This document shows, piece after piece, positions 1 to 19,502 of a stretch of DNA of 64,000 bases. The notes below the pieces were generated by a model. That model was not told where the DNA came from. It made no database searches and saw only the letters and a list, made by a program, of their open reading frames with translations. Within the stretch, counting starts at the first letter, position 1. Each line of letters starts with the position of its first letter. Source of the stretch: the human T2T-CHM13v2.0 reference genome, Homo sapiens; NCBI RefSeq assembly GCF_009914755.1, contig NC_060925.1, one strand, 5' to 3'. The translations under genes and the position numbers were made by a program.

Positions 1-143
1 CATATGTTGACTTCTGATTGAAAGCATACACTGTACCCTATGAGAGAGCACCCCCACATTGGAGGGTGTTGCCTTCCAGAGGGCACTGTAATGAGCCTTT
101 AGTAATCTGTTTCACCATTCTCTCAAGCTACTTGCTTCCAAGT
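1..143 (-). mobile_element. ERVL-class internal (pol/integrase region) remnant, continuing at 1779
   Basis: Resembles the recalled HERVL-type integrase region on the - strand and joins the sequence after the MER52 insertion. Confidence 0.55.
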
Positions 144-1778
144 TGTTGCAGGATCCTTGGGGTGTTGCCTTTCTGGCTGGAAACCTCTGTGGCGAGTAGT
201 GTCTTTGCCCAAGTTTTGCTTGGGCCCACTGGGCTCATTCCTCCCACTCAACCTGGCAGGCTGTACTCGGCTCATGCCACTGACCTGGATGCCATGCCTG
301 CCAAGGGCAAGCCAGGTGTGGAGCAGTAAGGGGTATGTGAGTGAGCAAGCATGGGGTCTGGCCACTGCTTACAGGCAAGCGTGCTGGCTACTGCAGTGGG
401 GTGGGCAGCTCCAGGTGTCAGCACAGGTGCTGGCTCTCTGCAAGGCTGCAGCTAGACCAGGTGTACTGCAAGCAGCTTCTATGGCTGGCACCAGGGAACA
501 TGGTGGCACCCGGAAGCTTGGAGACTTCAGGAACTTCAGGGCCTCAAAGAGGGAGTCACAGCCCTGGCTCGGGGAGCTCCCAGGTCTGGGCTCCCCAAAG
601 GGCCACAGCTCTTCTTTCTTCTTCTCCTGCAATGTGGTGAGCAAGGGGTGTGTTTCAGCCCTGTTTGTGTTACAGCTCTTTCAGCCCCACCATTCAGCAG
701 GTCCCAAGTTCTTGTCCTGCGTCCAGGAAGAATGAGGTACATGGACAAGTGCAGGATGAGCAAGGCAAAGAGGAGCTGTGTGGAGTGACACAATAGCTCA
801 GAGGAGGCCCTGGAGTGGGAAGCTCCTCTCTGCAGCTGGTCATTGGGACATCTGCTCAGCTCTGGCTGAGCCTGGGGCTTTAATGGGCCTCAGAAGGACA
901 AAGTGTGTACTGATTGGTCCATGGGTGGCCATGGGTGGGCCCAGAAAAGGCACCACAAGTTCAGACTGGCAGTCCCACCCCTAGCTTTCAGGCCCTCCCT
1001 GGCCTGAAGGTCGGGCCTCACCACAGACCCGTTCCCTACTGTGCAGGATCCCTTCTGTGCGGGAGCTTGTCTGCCTCCTGCTGCTGTTGATGGTGCCCAG
1101 GCTGTTTGTGCCAAGGAACACCTGCAGGCCTGTGCCAAGATTCCCTCAACTTCCCCTTGGCTTCCCTCCTATGCTTATTAGTGCCCAAAGTCTGGAGGGG
1201 GCCAAGGTGGCAGGGGGCTGGCGTGTTGGCACTGCCCCAAGTGTTCTCACACCCAGCCAGGCTGTGACAGCACCCAGGCTTGGCCCCAACCTTGCTCTGA
1301 GATTGGAGCAGACAAGGGAGTGGGAAGAGGCCAGGCAGTGGGAGCAGACACCTCTGAGCCTGCAGGAGGAAGGGGGACTCTCCCAGGCCCCTGAGAGTGC
1401 CCAGTTGTCTGGGTCCACAGCTATAGCTTGGGCAGTTGCAGCTACACCCAGATAGGTGGGATTCCTGCCTGCTCCTGGACCCCCCAAGAGCACAGAGATG
1501 CCTGGGTCCACAGCCATGACTTGGGTGGTTGTAGCTGTACCTGAAAGGGTGGGGCTTCTGCCTGCTCTGTGGAGTGAAAGGCCCAAGTCCGCAGCCACGA
1601 CTTGGGCAGCTGCAGCTGCACCACCCAGGGAGCTCCTTCCCCACCAATGCAGAAGGGGCAGGGCTCCCACTTGTCCCCAGCTCCTGCTGGCTCTGTGGAG
1701 TGTGCAGCCGTGGCCGCACCTCCCTGCTACAGCTGGCATGTGGCAGCAGCCACTCCAGACGAGCTGCCACTGCCATCA
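144..1778 (-). mobile_element. MER52-family (ERV1) solo LTR, ~1.6 kb
   Basis: - strand starts TGATGGCAGTGGCAGCTCGTCTGGAGTGGC and ends CCCCAAGGATCCTGCAACA, matching recalled MER52 termini; GC-rich internal repeats; near 4-bp TSD AAGT(140-143)/AATT(1779-1782). Confidence 0.8.
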
Positions 1779-3711
1779 AATTGATAAGCCACATCATAAC
1801 ACCAGAGAATTTTATGGGCAGGAGCCCACTGCCATACTTCCTATGCTATAAAATGGGCCCCCTTATCAGAGATGATGTTGTATTTGATACTGTGGTGAAG
1901 AATAAGGCATTCCGTAAGTCTACAAGTGATGCTGGAAGAAGCACTTCAGGCAGAGAAGACAAATGTGTACCCAGAAGACATGTTTACGGCATGAAAGCAA
2001 AATTCTATTCCTTTCAAGATGGAGGAGTCCAAGGTAGGCTTCCCCCAAACAAAGTGTGTCTCCATCATTGTGTTGTGAAATTCAAGGGCAAGCAACTTGT
2101 CTCTCACTTTAGAGAAGGATTACCCACGCCAATGACCCTCTAGAAACTTCACTTACATAATATGCCTCTTGGCCTTAGGCACACATATGTCTTACAAAGG
2201 CATCTAGAGTGTTGATGCTTCCTACTCACCAGGTCCAGTTAACATAATTCCATCAATGTCATGGACCAGAATGACATCCTGTAGGGTATCAAGATGATCA
2301 AGTTCCCATCACACTATATTATGACAGAGAAAAGGAAACTTGATATTGTCCTGGTGTAAGATAGTAGAGGTATACTATTTGCCCTGCTATGTAAATGCAA
2401 ACTGCTTCGGATTTTCCTGGGGGAAAAAATGTTTTCTAGGTCAGAAGCTGAATGCCAGATATCATGGGCTGTGTTGAATTGCCACAGTAAGTATTTCACA
2501 TTTAGTGCTGTAGCTGTGACTGACATCACTATGTGAATAAATGTACAAAGATCTCTTTCTCCATGCCCCATCTGGCTTTTGCACTAGCCAGATAAGTAAG
2601 TTAAATGGGGATGTACTGGGAATTGCCACCTATGCATATCTCAAGTTGCTGGTGGTAGCATTAATCACTGTAGTTTCCCCCAGGTTGAAGTATTTTTTAC
2701 TTTCTTGGTATGGTGGGCGTGGAAGTGAGTGCTGGAGGGATCTCCATCAACAAGAGCTTCCACTTTGCCCTCCTTTTCACTACAAAAGTCTTAATTTCAT
2801 GGGTCAAAGGACCAATATAATCATTCTGCCAGTTATTACATATCTCTCTTTTCTCTACACATTCTAGGAGTCAGGGAAAAACACAGGATGAATACCTGAT
2901 CCTGTGGACACTGTGTTAGACAGACTAGGATGTATGGGCTAGGATTCCATACATCACCTGATTTTCATAAGTTCCAAATTTCACTGGTGGATGATGGTGG
3001 CACTTCAGGGTTCTGGGGATCAGAGTGAGTTCAGGGTCAATATTTATTAACCTTGGGAGTATCTAGTATATTTCCTTCTCCCTAGTGTATAGCTGCCCTG
3101 GTAAATGGCTGCAGGCCATTCTGAGGAAGGCTTTGGAGAAGACACACAATATACATCCGTGACCACATTGCAGGGTCCCTCCTCAGTTGTGGGTATCCGA
3201 GTTTATGAACTGACTTAGGTCTAGGAATTGGGTAAAAGGCCACGAATCTTCCTCCAGTTTCTACCCAGAAACCTAGAATTTTTCACCTGTATTTGTCAGG
3301 CAGCACCTTCACAGGCTGCCCAAGTATTTCATTTCTAGAGAACTGCGCCACAATTCACTACAGATTACAGCACTCTGATGGCCACTCTGTCTCTGTGGCT
3401 TGCGGGGCGCTACCTCCTGTCTGACCAGCAAGCATGGCCACCTTGCCTCATCTACTGTGGGGTCCCATTATTCTCTTTAAGATCAAGAAACCCAATTCCT
3501 TTGCATTGTCCCCAACTGTCATCTCCAGCCTATAGATGACAGTCACCACAGAGCTCTTCAAGGACTTCCAAATACCTTAGTGAGGGAAGTGTCCTTCAGA
3601 CCTTCTCAGGGGCCGTGGTGAGGGAGAAGTGAGCAGGTTTGCACAGCACATTGGTGCTCACAGTGCGGTGATTCTCATCCATGCCAAAGTTCGAGAGCCA
3701 CCGCTGTGGAA

Positions 3712-3870
3712 CACGGCCTCTCCGACTTTAATGAGCACGCACGGCACCTGAGGATCTTTTTAAATGCAGAGTCTGGTTTGATAAGTCTAGGGTGGGGTCG
3801 AAGGTTCTGCATTTTCTGATGCAGGTGATGCCAGTGCCTCTGATCTGGGACAACAGCTCTGAGTAGTAAT
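3712..3870. mobile_element. MER5-family (hAT-Charlie) MITE
   Basis: MER5-like core (AATGCAGAGTCTGGTTTGATAAGTCTAGGGTGGGGTCGAAGGTTCTGCATTTT). Confidence 0.6.
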
Positions 3871-3937
3871 GCTGTAGAGGAAGGTGTCTGAAGACTCAGG
3901 AACATGAGGATCTAATGGATCTATTAAGTCAGGGAGT

Positions 3938-4124
3938 GGGGGGGTCTCAAATTTTAGTGCAAATCAGAATCACCTGGAAGCCTTATTAAAACACAGATTT
4001 CTGGGTCTCACCCCTACAGTTTCTGATTCTATAGATCTGAGGTTAGGCCCAAGAATTTGCGTTTCTAACAAGTTCTCAGATGATGCTGATGCTGTTGGTC
4101 CAGGGACCACACCTAGAGAAGTGG
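3938..4124. mobile_element. MER5A MITE
   Basis: ATCAGAATCACCTGGAAGCCTTATTAAAACACAGATT...GAATTTGCGTTTCTAACAAGTTCTCAGATGATGCTGATGCTG matches recalled MER5A consensus. Confidence 0.85.
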
Positions 4125-4810
4125 CTGTCTACCATCCTCCCAATCCACTCCCTGACCTTTCCCTTGACTACCCTGACTGTCCACCTAGGCGGGGTTTTGC
4201 ACGTCTTTAAGAGTACAGCTAGCTTTTTCTGGAGCAGGCCTTCTACTTTGTTATGGGCCTGAAGGTAATAAGAGGTAAGGGAGGGGACCTGAGGAGAGTT
4301 AGCATTAGCATATGGGGCAACTGCCCTGGGAACAATGATTGTAAGGCTTTTATGCAGAGGAGAGATAGCTCCTTCAGCCAGAATAAAAGGTTTAGAGGAG
4401 AACAGAGGTTCAAAAGTCTCAGCCCAATCAGGCCTGCCTTTCAGGCATCCTGTATCCCCTTCCTGTATCTGAGAGTCCTCCCCGAGAACCTTGCCTTGGC
4501 ATAAAAGACTTGGCCGCGTTATGCATTTAATTGCTGCTGCAAATCTACAACTTTAACAGTCAGACCATAGACTTAGTTCTTAGCCATATTTACCCTTCAA
4601 TTACCGGAAATAAGGAACCCCTCAGGGCCACCATGGAGGCATTCTGGTTTTCCATGCGTCTTTTTAATTGTATTTCCATAGCCTTGATTTTCTCTTTTTC
4701 CCTATATAAATTTCTTAGGATAGTAAAAAGAATCCAGTTGTTTCTACTATTTTTTAATCACTGTTGTTGCCATAGCAATTAAGTGCCGGCGCTACTTGAT
4801 CTCTTAATGC

Positions 4811-5420
4811 CTTGCCCATCACCTGCATTCCCTCCCATGCTCCCACCATTGATAATGTGGGTAATGATGATGTCACCACATGCCATGGATTACTCACTTC
4901 CTCATTCTTCCCCAGCAAGGTTATCGCTGTGTTCCTCAAATACATGAGCAACGGAATTCCAGAATCCCATTTTGAGGAACTATTTTCTGATTTCACAATG
5001 GCTATGTCAGTCTGAGTTCAAATAGGAAACAGATGGCACACTGAAATTAGTATAATTCAAGGAGGCTTTTATGAAGGGGCCATTTATGAAGGTTTGGACA
5101 GGGTATCAGGGACTCACAAAGGATAATGTAATCATCCAGAACTAATAACAGCAGAATTACTGACATCCCTAGGCCTGAAGGGATGAAGACAGGGAATGGT
5201 TTCTGGAATCCAGAAGGAAATTCCTGCAGAGTGAGCCATGTGGAGAGCAGTAGTGACTTGTGGTCAAAGGACACAGCCAGCTCAGGACGTGTAAGGGAGC
5301 TCTGTGGCTGGGTATCTGCATTGGCTGAACCCAACACAAAGCCAGAAGGCAAGGACTCCACTGGCATAGACCATGCGGGGGCTCTCCTAGGAAAGCGAAG
5401 GGGGAGGAAGCGTGGAGAGT
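4811..5420 (+). repeat. Inverted duplication, arm 1 (pairs with 7901-8500)
   Basis: Base-by-base alignment with the reverse complement of 7901-8500; mirrored ORFs in the ORF track. Confidence 0.97.
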
Positions 5421-5429
5421 GGATTTGGC

Positions 5430-5430
<1 letters not shown>
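5005..5430 (-). mobile_element. ERVL-class LTR fragment (probable 5' LTR of the decayed provirus)
   Basis: Abuts the internal region; - strand ends ...CCTATTTGAACTCAGACTGACA, an ERVL-type LTR 3' end. Confidence 0.55.
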
Positions 5431-7422
<1,992 letters not shown>

Positions 7423-7597
7423 TGTTATTTCTACATGTGTTTTAAACTCCACAAGACATTATTGTTGTTATTTTAAACAATCAATATTCATTTAAACATA
7501 CACTATATGTATGATATATGACAAATATATGAGGGGATATAGACAAATGGATATATATCACATATGTATATGTATATGAAAGATATAAAATACTCTT

Positions 7598-8500
<903 letters not shown>

Positions 8501-8907
8501 TCCTTCTTTTGGACTTAATTACGGTTTTTCTCTCATTGCATTTTTCCTCTACAAGTTTTGAAAGCATGCATTCAAATTGTGTGCTTTTCGTGGTTACTGT
8601 AAACCAGTTTAGCATTCGTATTTTATCTAAAAATGTCTAAAGTCAATATCTGTATCATTGTCCCAATCAAGCCAAGGATTTGGGGATAGATGAACTCCAG
8701 TTGCCCTGCTTCAGACATACGTGCTACTGTCATCCTGTGTGTTAGATCTACGTTGTTGCCTTTAACCTCACAAATTTGACATCAACAAAATTTTGTAGTT
8801 TTATTTTTAGATTTATTCACATGCTTTTCATGTCTGTTCACAATTTTTTCTTGCATTTAAGGTGCTGCTTTTGAAATTTGCGATGCTACCTTATGCCTGG
8901 TATACAC

Positions 8908-9078
8908 CAGTGGTGACGAGTAAACTGGCTCAGGGGCAGGGAAGGGCCCTGAATTGTAGTCAATTTCTGGTGTGGAAATGTACTCCCACCATGGCTTATT
9001 CCAAGCCATCAGTGTAACATCACTGAATGAGCAGGTGCGAAGAGATGTTCAAATTTTGTGGGCTCCAGCACACCACTG
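8908..9078. mobile_element. hAT MITE (MER63-like)
   Basis: Terminal inverted repeats CAGTGGTG...CACCACTG. Confidence 0.6.
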
Positions 9079-9119
9079 AATTGTTTCTTTTTCTTTTCTT
9101 TTCTCTCTTTCTGTTTTTT

Positions 9120-9855
9120 TTTTTCACAGCTTTATTGAAGTATAACTGATGTGCAATTAACTATATGTATTTAAATTAGATAAGTTCTCACATCATCATC
9201 ACCAAAATCAAGATAATGAACATACCCATCACCTACAAAAGTTTCCTCATTTTCCTCCCACCCCTGTCTGACCCCACCCGTCCCCAGATAATCACTGATG
9301 TTTTTCCATCACTAAAGATTAATTTGCATATTCTAGCATTTCATATGAATAGAATGATACAGAATGTCCTCTTTTTGGTCTGGCTTCTTTTAGCATAATT
9401 ATTTTGAAGTGCATCCTTTTGTATGTATCAGTATTCATTTCTTTTTATTGCCAGATAATATTTACATCATATGTATATTCACAATTTATTTATCCAGTCA
9501 CCTGTTTATAGACTTTGGGTTGTTTCTAGTTTTTTGCAATTACAAATAAAGCTTCTATAAACACTAGCATGTCTCTGTGTAGACATATATTTGCTTCTGT
9601 CTTAGGTAAGTACCAAGGAATGTAATGGCTGGGCTATGTGGTAGATGTAGTTTTAACTTTTTAAGAAAATGCCAAACTGTTCTCCAAAGTGATTGTACCA
9701 CTTTATATTTTCCATCAGTGGTGTGTGAGAGTTTCAGTTGCTCCACTTTCTCACCAGCACTTGATAAGGTCAGTCTTTTTAAATTTTAGCCATTCCAGTG
9801 GGTATGTAGTGGTATCACTGTGGCACTAATTTGTATTTCCCTAATGATGAGTATG
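9120..9855 (-). mobile_element. L1MB-type 3' end
   Basis: Poly-T then ACAGCTTTATTGAAGTATAACT; ORF 9564-9746 resembles the L1 ORF2 C-terminus. Confidence 0.8.
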
Positions 9856-9954
9856 TCATGTGATTACCCTTTAGCAGTTTCTTTAGTCAACTGAAAGTAA
9901 ATACAGTGTATATTCTGGTTTTGTTCCCCTGAAAAATGCCTATATTTTGTCCTC

Positions 9955-10381
<427 letters not shown>

Positions 10382-10534
10382 TAAAAAGTCTTAAAATAAA
10401 GAGACAATGATTAAATGCATAGAATCAAAAATTAGAGTCCTCATGGTTCATCACAACAGTTAAATTTTGCCCTTTGTTTCTGGAGGAATGCCCTATAACA
10501 GATAATTTGAAAAATTTAAAAATAACATAAAAGG

Positions 10535-10919
<385 letters not shown>

Positions 10920-11074
10920 TTAAAGGCTTAAAATAACAAAGAAATTCACTAAACAACAGGCCCTTCAGAAAGATTACTGAAAAGAAAAAGTAGTTTGGGG
11001 AATAGCAGATTCTGAGATATGGTGGAAAGTTCACAGTTTGGCACTGGCTGGACAGCTTTGTTTTCTTTTTTTCT

Positions 11075-11381
<307 letters not shown>

Positions 11382-11793
11382 AATTCTCCCATCTTTTAAC
11401 TTCTACTGAGACTATTGAAAAGTCGGCTTTTAGTCTAATTATTTTCCTCATATAATAATCTGTCTTTTCTCTCTTCTCTTCATCTTTGATGTTCTACAGT
11501 TTCACTAAGATGTGTGCTGATGTATATTTCTTCTTATTTACACTGTCTGGGAATAGTGTGTCCTTATGAATCTGATATTGATAATTAGCATCTTTTATCT
11601 AGTATTGAAATTCTCAGCCACAGTCTCTGAATATTGCAGCTCCTGTTCCTTCTAGAATTCCTGTTAGGTTTATGTGAGATCTTCTCATTCACTCCTCCAT
11701 GTCTCTTAACCTTTCATATTTTCACTATCTTCATCTCCTCTTAATGCATTCTGGGCAATTTCCCAGATTTATCTTCTTTCCACCTGTGTATAA

Positions 11794-12466
<673 letters not shown>

Positions 12467-13272
12467 AATTTATGTTTGTTTCTATGGGGCAGTTTGGGGC
12501 ACTACAATCCTAGAATCACTTTAAATCTTAGGCTTAAAGATTTTCATTTTGAAGCACACAGTTATGAGGCATTGCTCCCAAGTGAGGACAGTCCCATGGT
12601 TAGGAAATAGGTAATCTTCATTGTCCTTTTCTGTTGGTGGGACTTTTCTAGTTTGCTCAATTCTCTAGTTTATCCTCAGGGAACCCCAACTTTATGTGGG
12701 GAGTTCCAATCCAACCTCCCTGCCCCTTAAGCCTCACACTTCAACTCCTGTCCTCTGCACTTTGCTAATTCTCCAGGGATTGGCAGATGTCACCTGGCAA
12801 ACACCAGCTCTGGCTAGAATTTTTCTGGAGTGGTGTTTTCTCCTTATTTCTGATCATTCTTCTTCCTTTTCTGACAACATTGCCATGCCTTTAAAAAGAA
12901 AGATGCTTCTTGTATTTCATCCAGCATGTTAAGTGCTCTATACTGGGAGGGTTTCTCCAGACAGCAGTTGCTTGAAATAAACTATTTATGTTTTTTTACC
13001 CATCTGGAACTTATTTTTGTGTTGTACAAAGCAGAGGTCTAAGAGTCCTGCTACCATTTTCACTGTTCCTTCTTTTTGCTCAGAAGTGATATCTTTGAAT
13101 CAACTTTTAAAACAATATTTCCCCACTATTTTCTGTTGCTCATTGCCAGCTGGATATCTAAAAAAGTCATAGAAACCCGCTTTTAAGTGAAATATCCCGA
13201 AAACAAAATTATCATACTATTGACTGGCGTAGTGGCTCTGAATTTTTTACTCCTGTGCATTGCTTTAAGAAT

Positions 13273-13556
13273 TGGCCCAGCACGGTGGCTCATGCCTGTA
13301 ATCCCAGCACTTTGGGAGGCCGAGGTAGGAGGATTGCTTTGAGACCAGCCTGGCAACATGACGAAAACTCGTCTCTACAAAAAATTAGCCACACATGGTG
13401 GCATGCACCTGTAGTCCCAGCTACTCAGGAAACTGAGGTGGAAGGATCCCTGAACCCAGGAGGTCGAGACTACAGTGGGCTGTGATGGCGCCACTGCACT
13501 CCGGCCTGGGCAACAGAGTGAAAACCTAAAAGAATAAATAAATAAATAAATAAATA
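13273..13556 (+). mobile_element. AluJ with a (TAAA)n tail
   Basis: Alu dimer with internal deletions. Confidence 0.85.
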
Positions 13557-14209
13557 TCTCAAAATCTATATAACAAAAATTTTTTGCCCTAACAATCCAA
13601 TTTTATCATTTGATCAGAGGGAAAAGGGTTCTAGATCCTCTCCTGACCTAGAGATGAAGCAAACACAGGTCAACAGCATTTTGCATTAAAAATTCATAAC
13701 TGAAAGAAGAAAGAATTCATAACTTTGTTTTCTCAAAAATTATACTGGAACAGAGTTTAATATCAGTTTGAAGACCAAGTCAACTTCATATCAGCCAAAT
13801 TCATACCAAAGGAAAGAAAATTGTACATGTTGCAAAATAATTTACCATGTGTTTTTCATAAATGTTAATATAAATGGAGTGAATTATACACTGCTCAGCC
13901 CCATTCACACATAGACAGACAGACGTTTAAAGGAAAACATCTGTTGCAGTTTTCACAACATAGATTTATAGCTTCAGTCATGTTAAATTGTTACTTGGAA
14001 AGCACAATCCCAAGGAAACAATAATTTCTGAAGGCCTATACATGCTGGGTTTTATTTGATTAGCTCTCCATCAAGCTAAAAATAACAAAGAAGACTTCTC
14101 GAACCAAGCTAATTTTTTGAAATTTCAATTCCACTTAGAAGGAAAGATATGGGAGAAAAGCTAAGCATATTCTTTAAAGATCCTTTTTTATTTTAATCAA
14201 TGGATGCAA

Positions 14210-14538
<329 letters not shown>

Positions 14539-14731
14539 TAAATATACACAAACCCTTTTCAGCACTCTTTATTTCCCTGTAGATCCAGTTTTCTATCTGG
14601 TAATTCTTTCTTTCCAGCTGAAGAACTTCCTTTAGCACTTCATGTAGTGCAATCTGTGGGCAAAGAGTTCTCTCAGCTTTTGCTTATCTGAAAATGTTTT
14701 TATTTCACTTTCATTTTTAAAATACATCTTC

Positions 14732-15374
<643 letters not shown>

Positions 15375-15704
15375 TCAATATAGAATTCTAGGTTGATCTT
15401 TTTCTTTCAGTGCTTTAAAGATGCCATTCAATTGTCTTTTGAACTATATTGTTTCTCATGAGAACTTGGCTGACATTCTTATCATCGTGTCTCTATGTAT
15501 AATGTGTCCATTTTCTCTGGTTGCTTTTAAGACTTTTTTCCTTTATTTCTGGTTTTCAACAGTTTGACCCTGATGTGCATCGGTGTTATTATTTTTGTAT
15601 TTATCCAGCTTAGGAATTTCTGAGCTTTTTGGATCTTGAGTTGTTATATACTTTTATCAAGTTTAGAACATTTTCAGGCAAATTTTTTTTAATTAAAAAA
15701 TTGT

Positions 15705-16395
15705 GGCCAGGCACGGTGGTTCATGCCTGTAATCCCAGCACTTTGCGAGGCCGAGGCAGGTGGATCACGAGGTCAGGAGTTCAAGACCAGCCTGGCCAAG
15801 ATGGTGAAACCCTGTCTCTACTAAAAATACAAAAAGTTAGCCAGGCGTGGGGGTGGGCACCTGTAATCCCAGCTACTTGGGAGGCTGAGGCAGAGAACTG
15901 GTTGAACCCAGGAGGCAGAGGTTGCAGTGAATGAGACTCCATCTCAAAAAAAAATTTTTTTTTATTTGTATAGATAGGGACTCACTGTGTTGCCCAGGGT
16001 GGTCTGGAACTCCTGGGCTCAAGCAATCCTCCCTTTCCAGCCTCCCAAAGTGTTTGGATTACAGGCGTCAGCCACCATGTCCAGCCCAAAACTTCTTTTT
16101 CTTTTTTTCTTTTCTTGAGAGCGTCTTGCTCTGTCACCCAGGCTGGAGTGCAGTACCACAATCTCAGCTCACTGCAACTCTGCCTCCTGGGTTCAAGCAA
16201 TTCTCCTGCCTCAACCTCCTGAGTAGCTGGGATTACAGGCACCCACCATCAAACCCAGCTAATATTTGTATTTTCAGTAGAGACGGGATTTCACCATGTT
16301 GCCCAGGCTAGTCTCAAACTCCTGACCTCACGTGATCTGTCTGCCTGGGCCTCCCAAAGTGCTGGGATTACAGGCGTGAGCTGCCACACCTGACC
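15705..16395. mobile_element. Alu cluster: AluS (+, ~15705-15953, 3' deletion), FLAM/AluJ monomer (-, ~15954-16087), AluS (-, ~16095-16395)
   Basis: Alu arms in both orientations; poly-A directly abuts poly-T. Confidence 0.88.
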
Positions 16396-17297
16396 TCCAA
16401 CACTTCTTTAAATGGAATCCAAACATGTTTTCTGCTCCACTCTGTTTCTCTTCTCCTTATGGGACTTCAGTTACATGGGTGTTACCTTTTGATGCAATCT
16501 CACATTGCATCAAATCTCTCATCGCTCATTGATGAGCCCTTCTCTCATCTCTCTTTTCCTTTTTCTATCTCTATGCTTTGGTCTGGATTATTTATATTGA
16601 TCTATCTTCAAGTTCCCTAATCTTTTACTTGATTGTGTCTAATCTGCCTATTTTTAATTGAGATGTAATTCACATACCATAATATTCAACTTTTTAAGTG
16701 TACAATTAGTGGTTTTTAGTATATTCACAAAGTTGTGCAACTACCATCACTATTTAATTTCGGAACATTTCATCACCTTAAAAGGAAACTCTATCACCAT
16801 TAGCAGTCACTTTTTATTCCCCCTTTCCACGATCCCTGGGCAACTAATCTACTCTCGGTCTCTATGGATTTGCCTATTTTGGGCATTTCATTTAAATGAA
16901 ATCATAAAATATTTGACATTTCATGTCTGGCTTCTTTCACATATCATAATTTTTCAAAGTTCATCATATTGTAGTATGAATCAGCACTTCATTCCATTTA
17001 TGCATAAATAATATTCTATTGTATGGATGTATCACAATTTGCTTATCCATTATTTAGTTGATGGACATTTGCGTTGTTTCCACCTTTAAGCTACTATGAA
17101 TAATGCTGCTGTTGACACTAATGTATAAGTTTTATGTGGACATATGTTTTTATTTCTCTTGGAAATATACCTAGAATAGAATTACTAGATCATAGCTCTG
17201 TGTTTATCTTTTTTCTTTCCTTTTTTTTTGAGACAAGGTCTCACTCTGTCACCCAGGCTGGAATGCAGTAGTGTGATCATAGCTTACAGCAGCCTGA

Positions 17298-17531
<234 letters not shown>

Positions 17532-18307
17532 TAACTTTTAAATGAATGGCCAAATTGTTTTCCACAGCAGCTACACCATTTTACATTTCTACCAGCATTA
17601 TATGAAGCAGAAATTTCTCCACAGCTGTGCCAATGCTTGTTATTGCCCTTTTAAAATTATTATTATAGCCATTCAAGCAGGTGTGAAGTGATATCTCTTT
17701 GAGGCCTTGATTTGAATTTCCCTGATGACTAATGACATCAAGCATATTTTCGTGTGCTTATTGGCCATTTGCAAACCTACTTTGGAGAAATACTTATTCA
17801 GATCCTTTGCCTTTTTTTTTTTTTTTCCAATGGGTTTTTGCTCTGTTGCCCAGGCTGGAGTGCAATGACTTGATCATGGCTCACTGTAGCCTCAACCTCC
17901 CAGGCTCAACCAATCTTCACACCTCAGTCTCCCAAGTAGCTGGAACCACAGGCACAGGCCACCACACCCAGCTACCTGTTTTTTTTTTTTTTTTTTTTTG
18001 TAGAGATGGGATCCCACTATGTGGTCCAGGCTGGTCTTTAATTTCTGGCCTCAAGCAATGCCCCAGTGTTGGCTTTCCAAAGAGCCAGGATTACAGACAT
18101 GAGATGCCACACCCAGCCCCCATTTTAAAATTGGGTTATTTGTCTTTTTTTAATTATTGAATTGTAGGAGTTCTTTCTATTCTAGATACAAGTTACTTGT
18201 CAGATATATAAATTACAAATATTTTCTCTCATTCTGTGGGTTGTCTTTTCATTTTCCTGTGAGTGTCCTTTGATGCACAAAGGTTTTTAAATTTGAAGTC
18301 TAATTTA

Positions 18308-18634
<327 letters not shown>

Positions 18635-19126
18635 TCATTCCCTTGCATGTGGATATCCAGTGTCCTACTATTATTTGTTGAAAAGATTGTTATTTTGTTC
18701 TTTTCTTCATTGCATGGTCTTGGCATCCTTGTTGAAAATCAATTAACCATAGAGTCTTACTTTTATTCCATTGACCTATATGGCTGTCCTTTTGCCAGTA
18801 CTACACTGTCTTAATTACTGTAGTTTTACAGTAAGTTTTGAAAATCAGAAAGTGGGAGTCCTCCAACTTTGTTCCTTTTCAGGATTATATTGGCCCTTCT
18901 GGATCCTTTGCATTTTCATATGACTTTTAGGATCATCTTGTCAATTTCTGCAAAAGAGGTATTTGAAATTTTGATATAAATTGCATTAAATCTGTATATC
19001 AATTTGGAGAATATTGCCATCTCAACAATATTAAGTCTTCCAACTTAAGAAAACAGAAGTTTTTCTATTTATTTAAATCTCCCTTAATTTCTTTCAACAA
19101 TGTTTTGTAGTCTTCAGTATAGAAGT

Positions 19127-19502
19127 TGTATTAGGCTATTCTCACGATACTATAAAGAAATACCAGAGACTGGGTAACTTATAAGGGAAATAGGTTTAAT
19201 TGACTCACAGTTCCACATGGCTGGGGAGGCCTCAGGAAACTTACAATCATGGCAGAAGGGGAAGCAAACACGTTCTTCTTCACAAGGTGGCAGGAGAGAG
19301 AAGTGCCAAGCAAAGGTGAAAAAGTCCCTTATAAAACCATCAGATCTCATGAGAACTCACTCACTATCATGAGAACAGCATGGGGGTAACCACCCCCATG
19401 ATTCAACTACCTCCTGCCAGGTCCTTCCCATGACACATGCGGATTATGCGAACTACAATTCAAGATGAGGTTTGGGTGGGGACACAGAAGCAGGCCATAT
19501 TA
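19127..19502 (-). mobile_element. THE1 (MaLR; THE1C/D-like) solo LTR
   Basis: GGTTTAATTGACTCACAGTTCCACATGGCTGGGGAGGCCTCAGGAAACTTACAATCATGG; 5-bp TSD GAAGT at 19122-19126 and 19503-19507. Confidence 0.92.

Larger units (their letters stand above)
1779..5004 (-). mobile_element. Decayed ERVL-class internal sequence (pol RT and gag relics), interrupted by MER5 elements
   Basis: - strand ~2240-2275 reads ILVHDIDGIML (cf. ERVL RT LVHYIDDIML); ORF 2314-2571 (ATALNVKYLLWQFNTAHDIWHSASDLENIF) resembles ERVL RT ([31 protein letters not shown]); many stops and frameshifts. Confidence 0.75.

Noticed and set aside
18-2143. Dense overlapping ORFs up to 253 aa
   Set aside because: They lie in the GC-rich MER52 LTR, occur in several frames on both strands and resemble no protein I know.
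15677-15702. AT palindrome-like stretches (also ~58676-58706)
   Set aside because: Juxtaposed poly-A and poly-T from Alu tails; too short to call cruciform elements.
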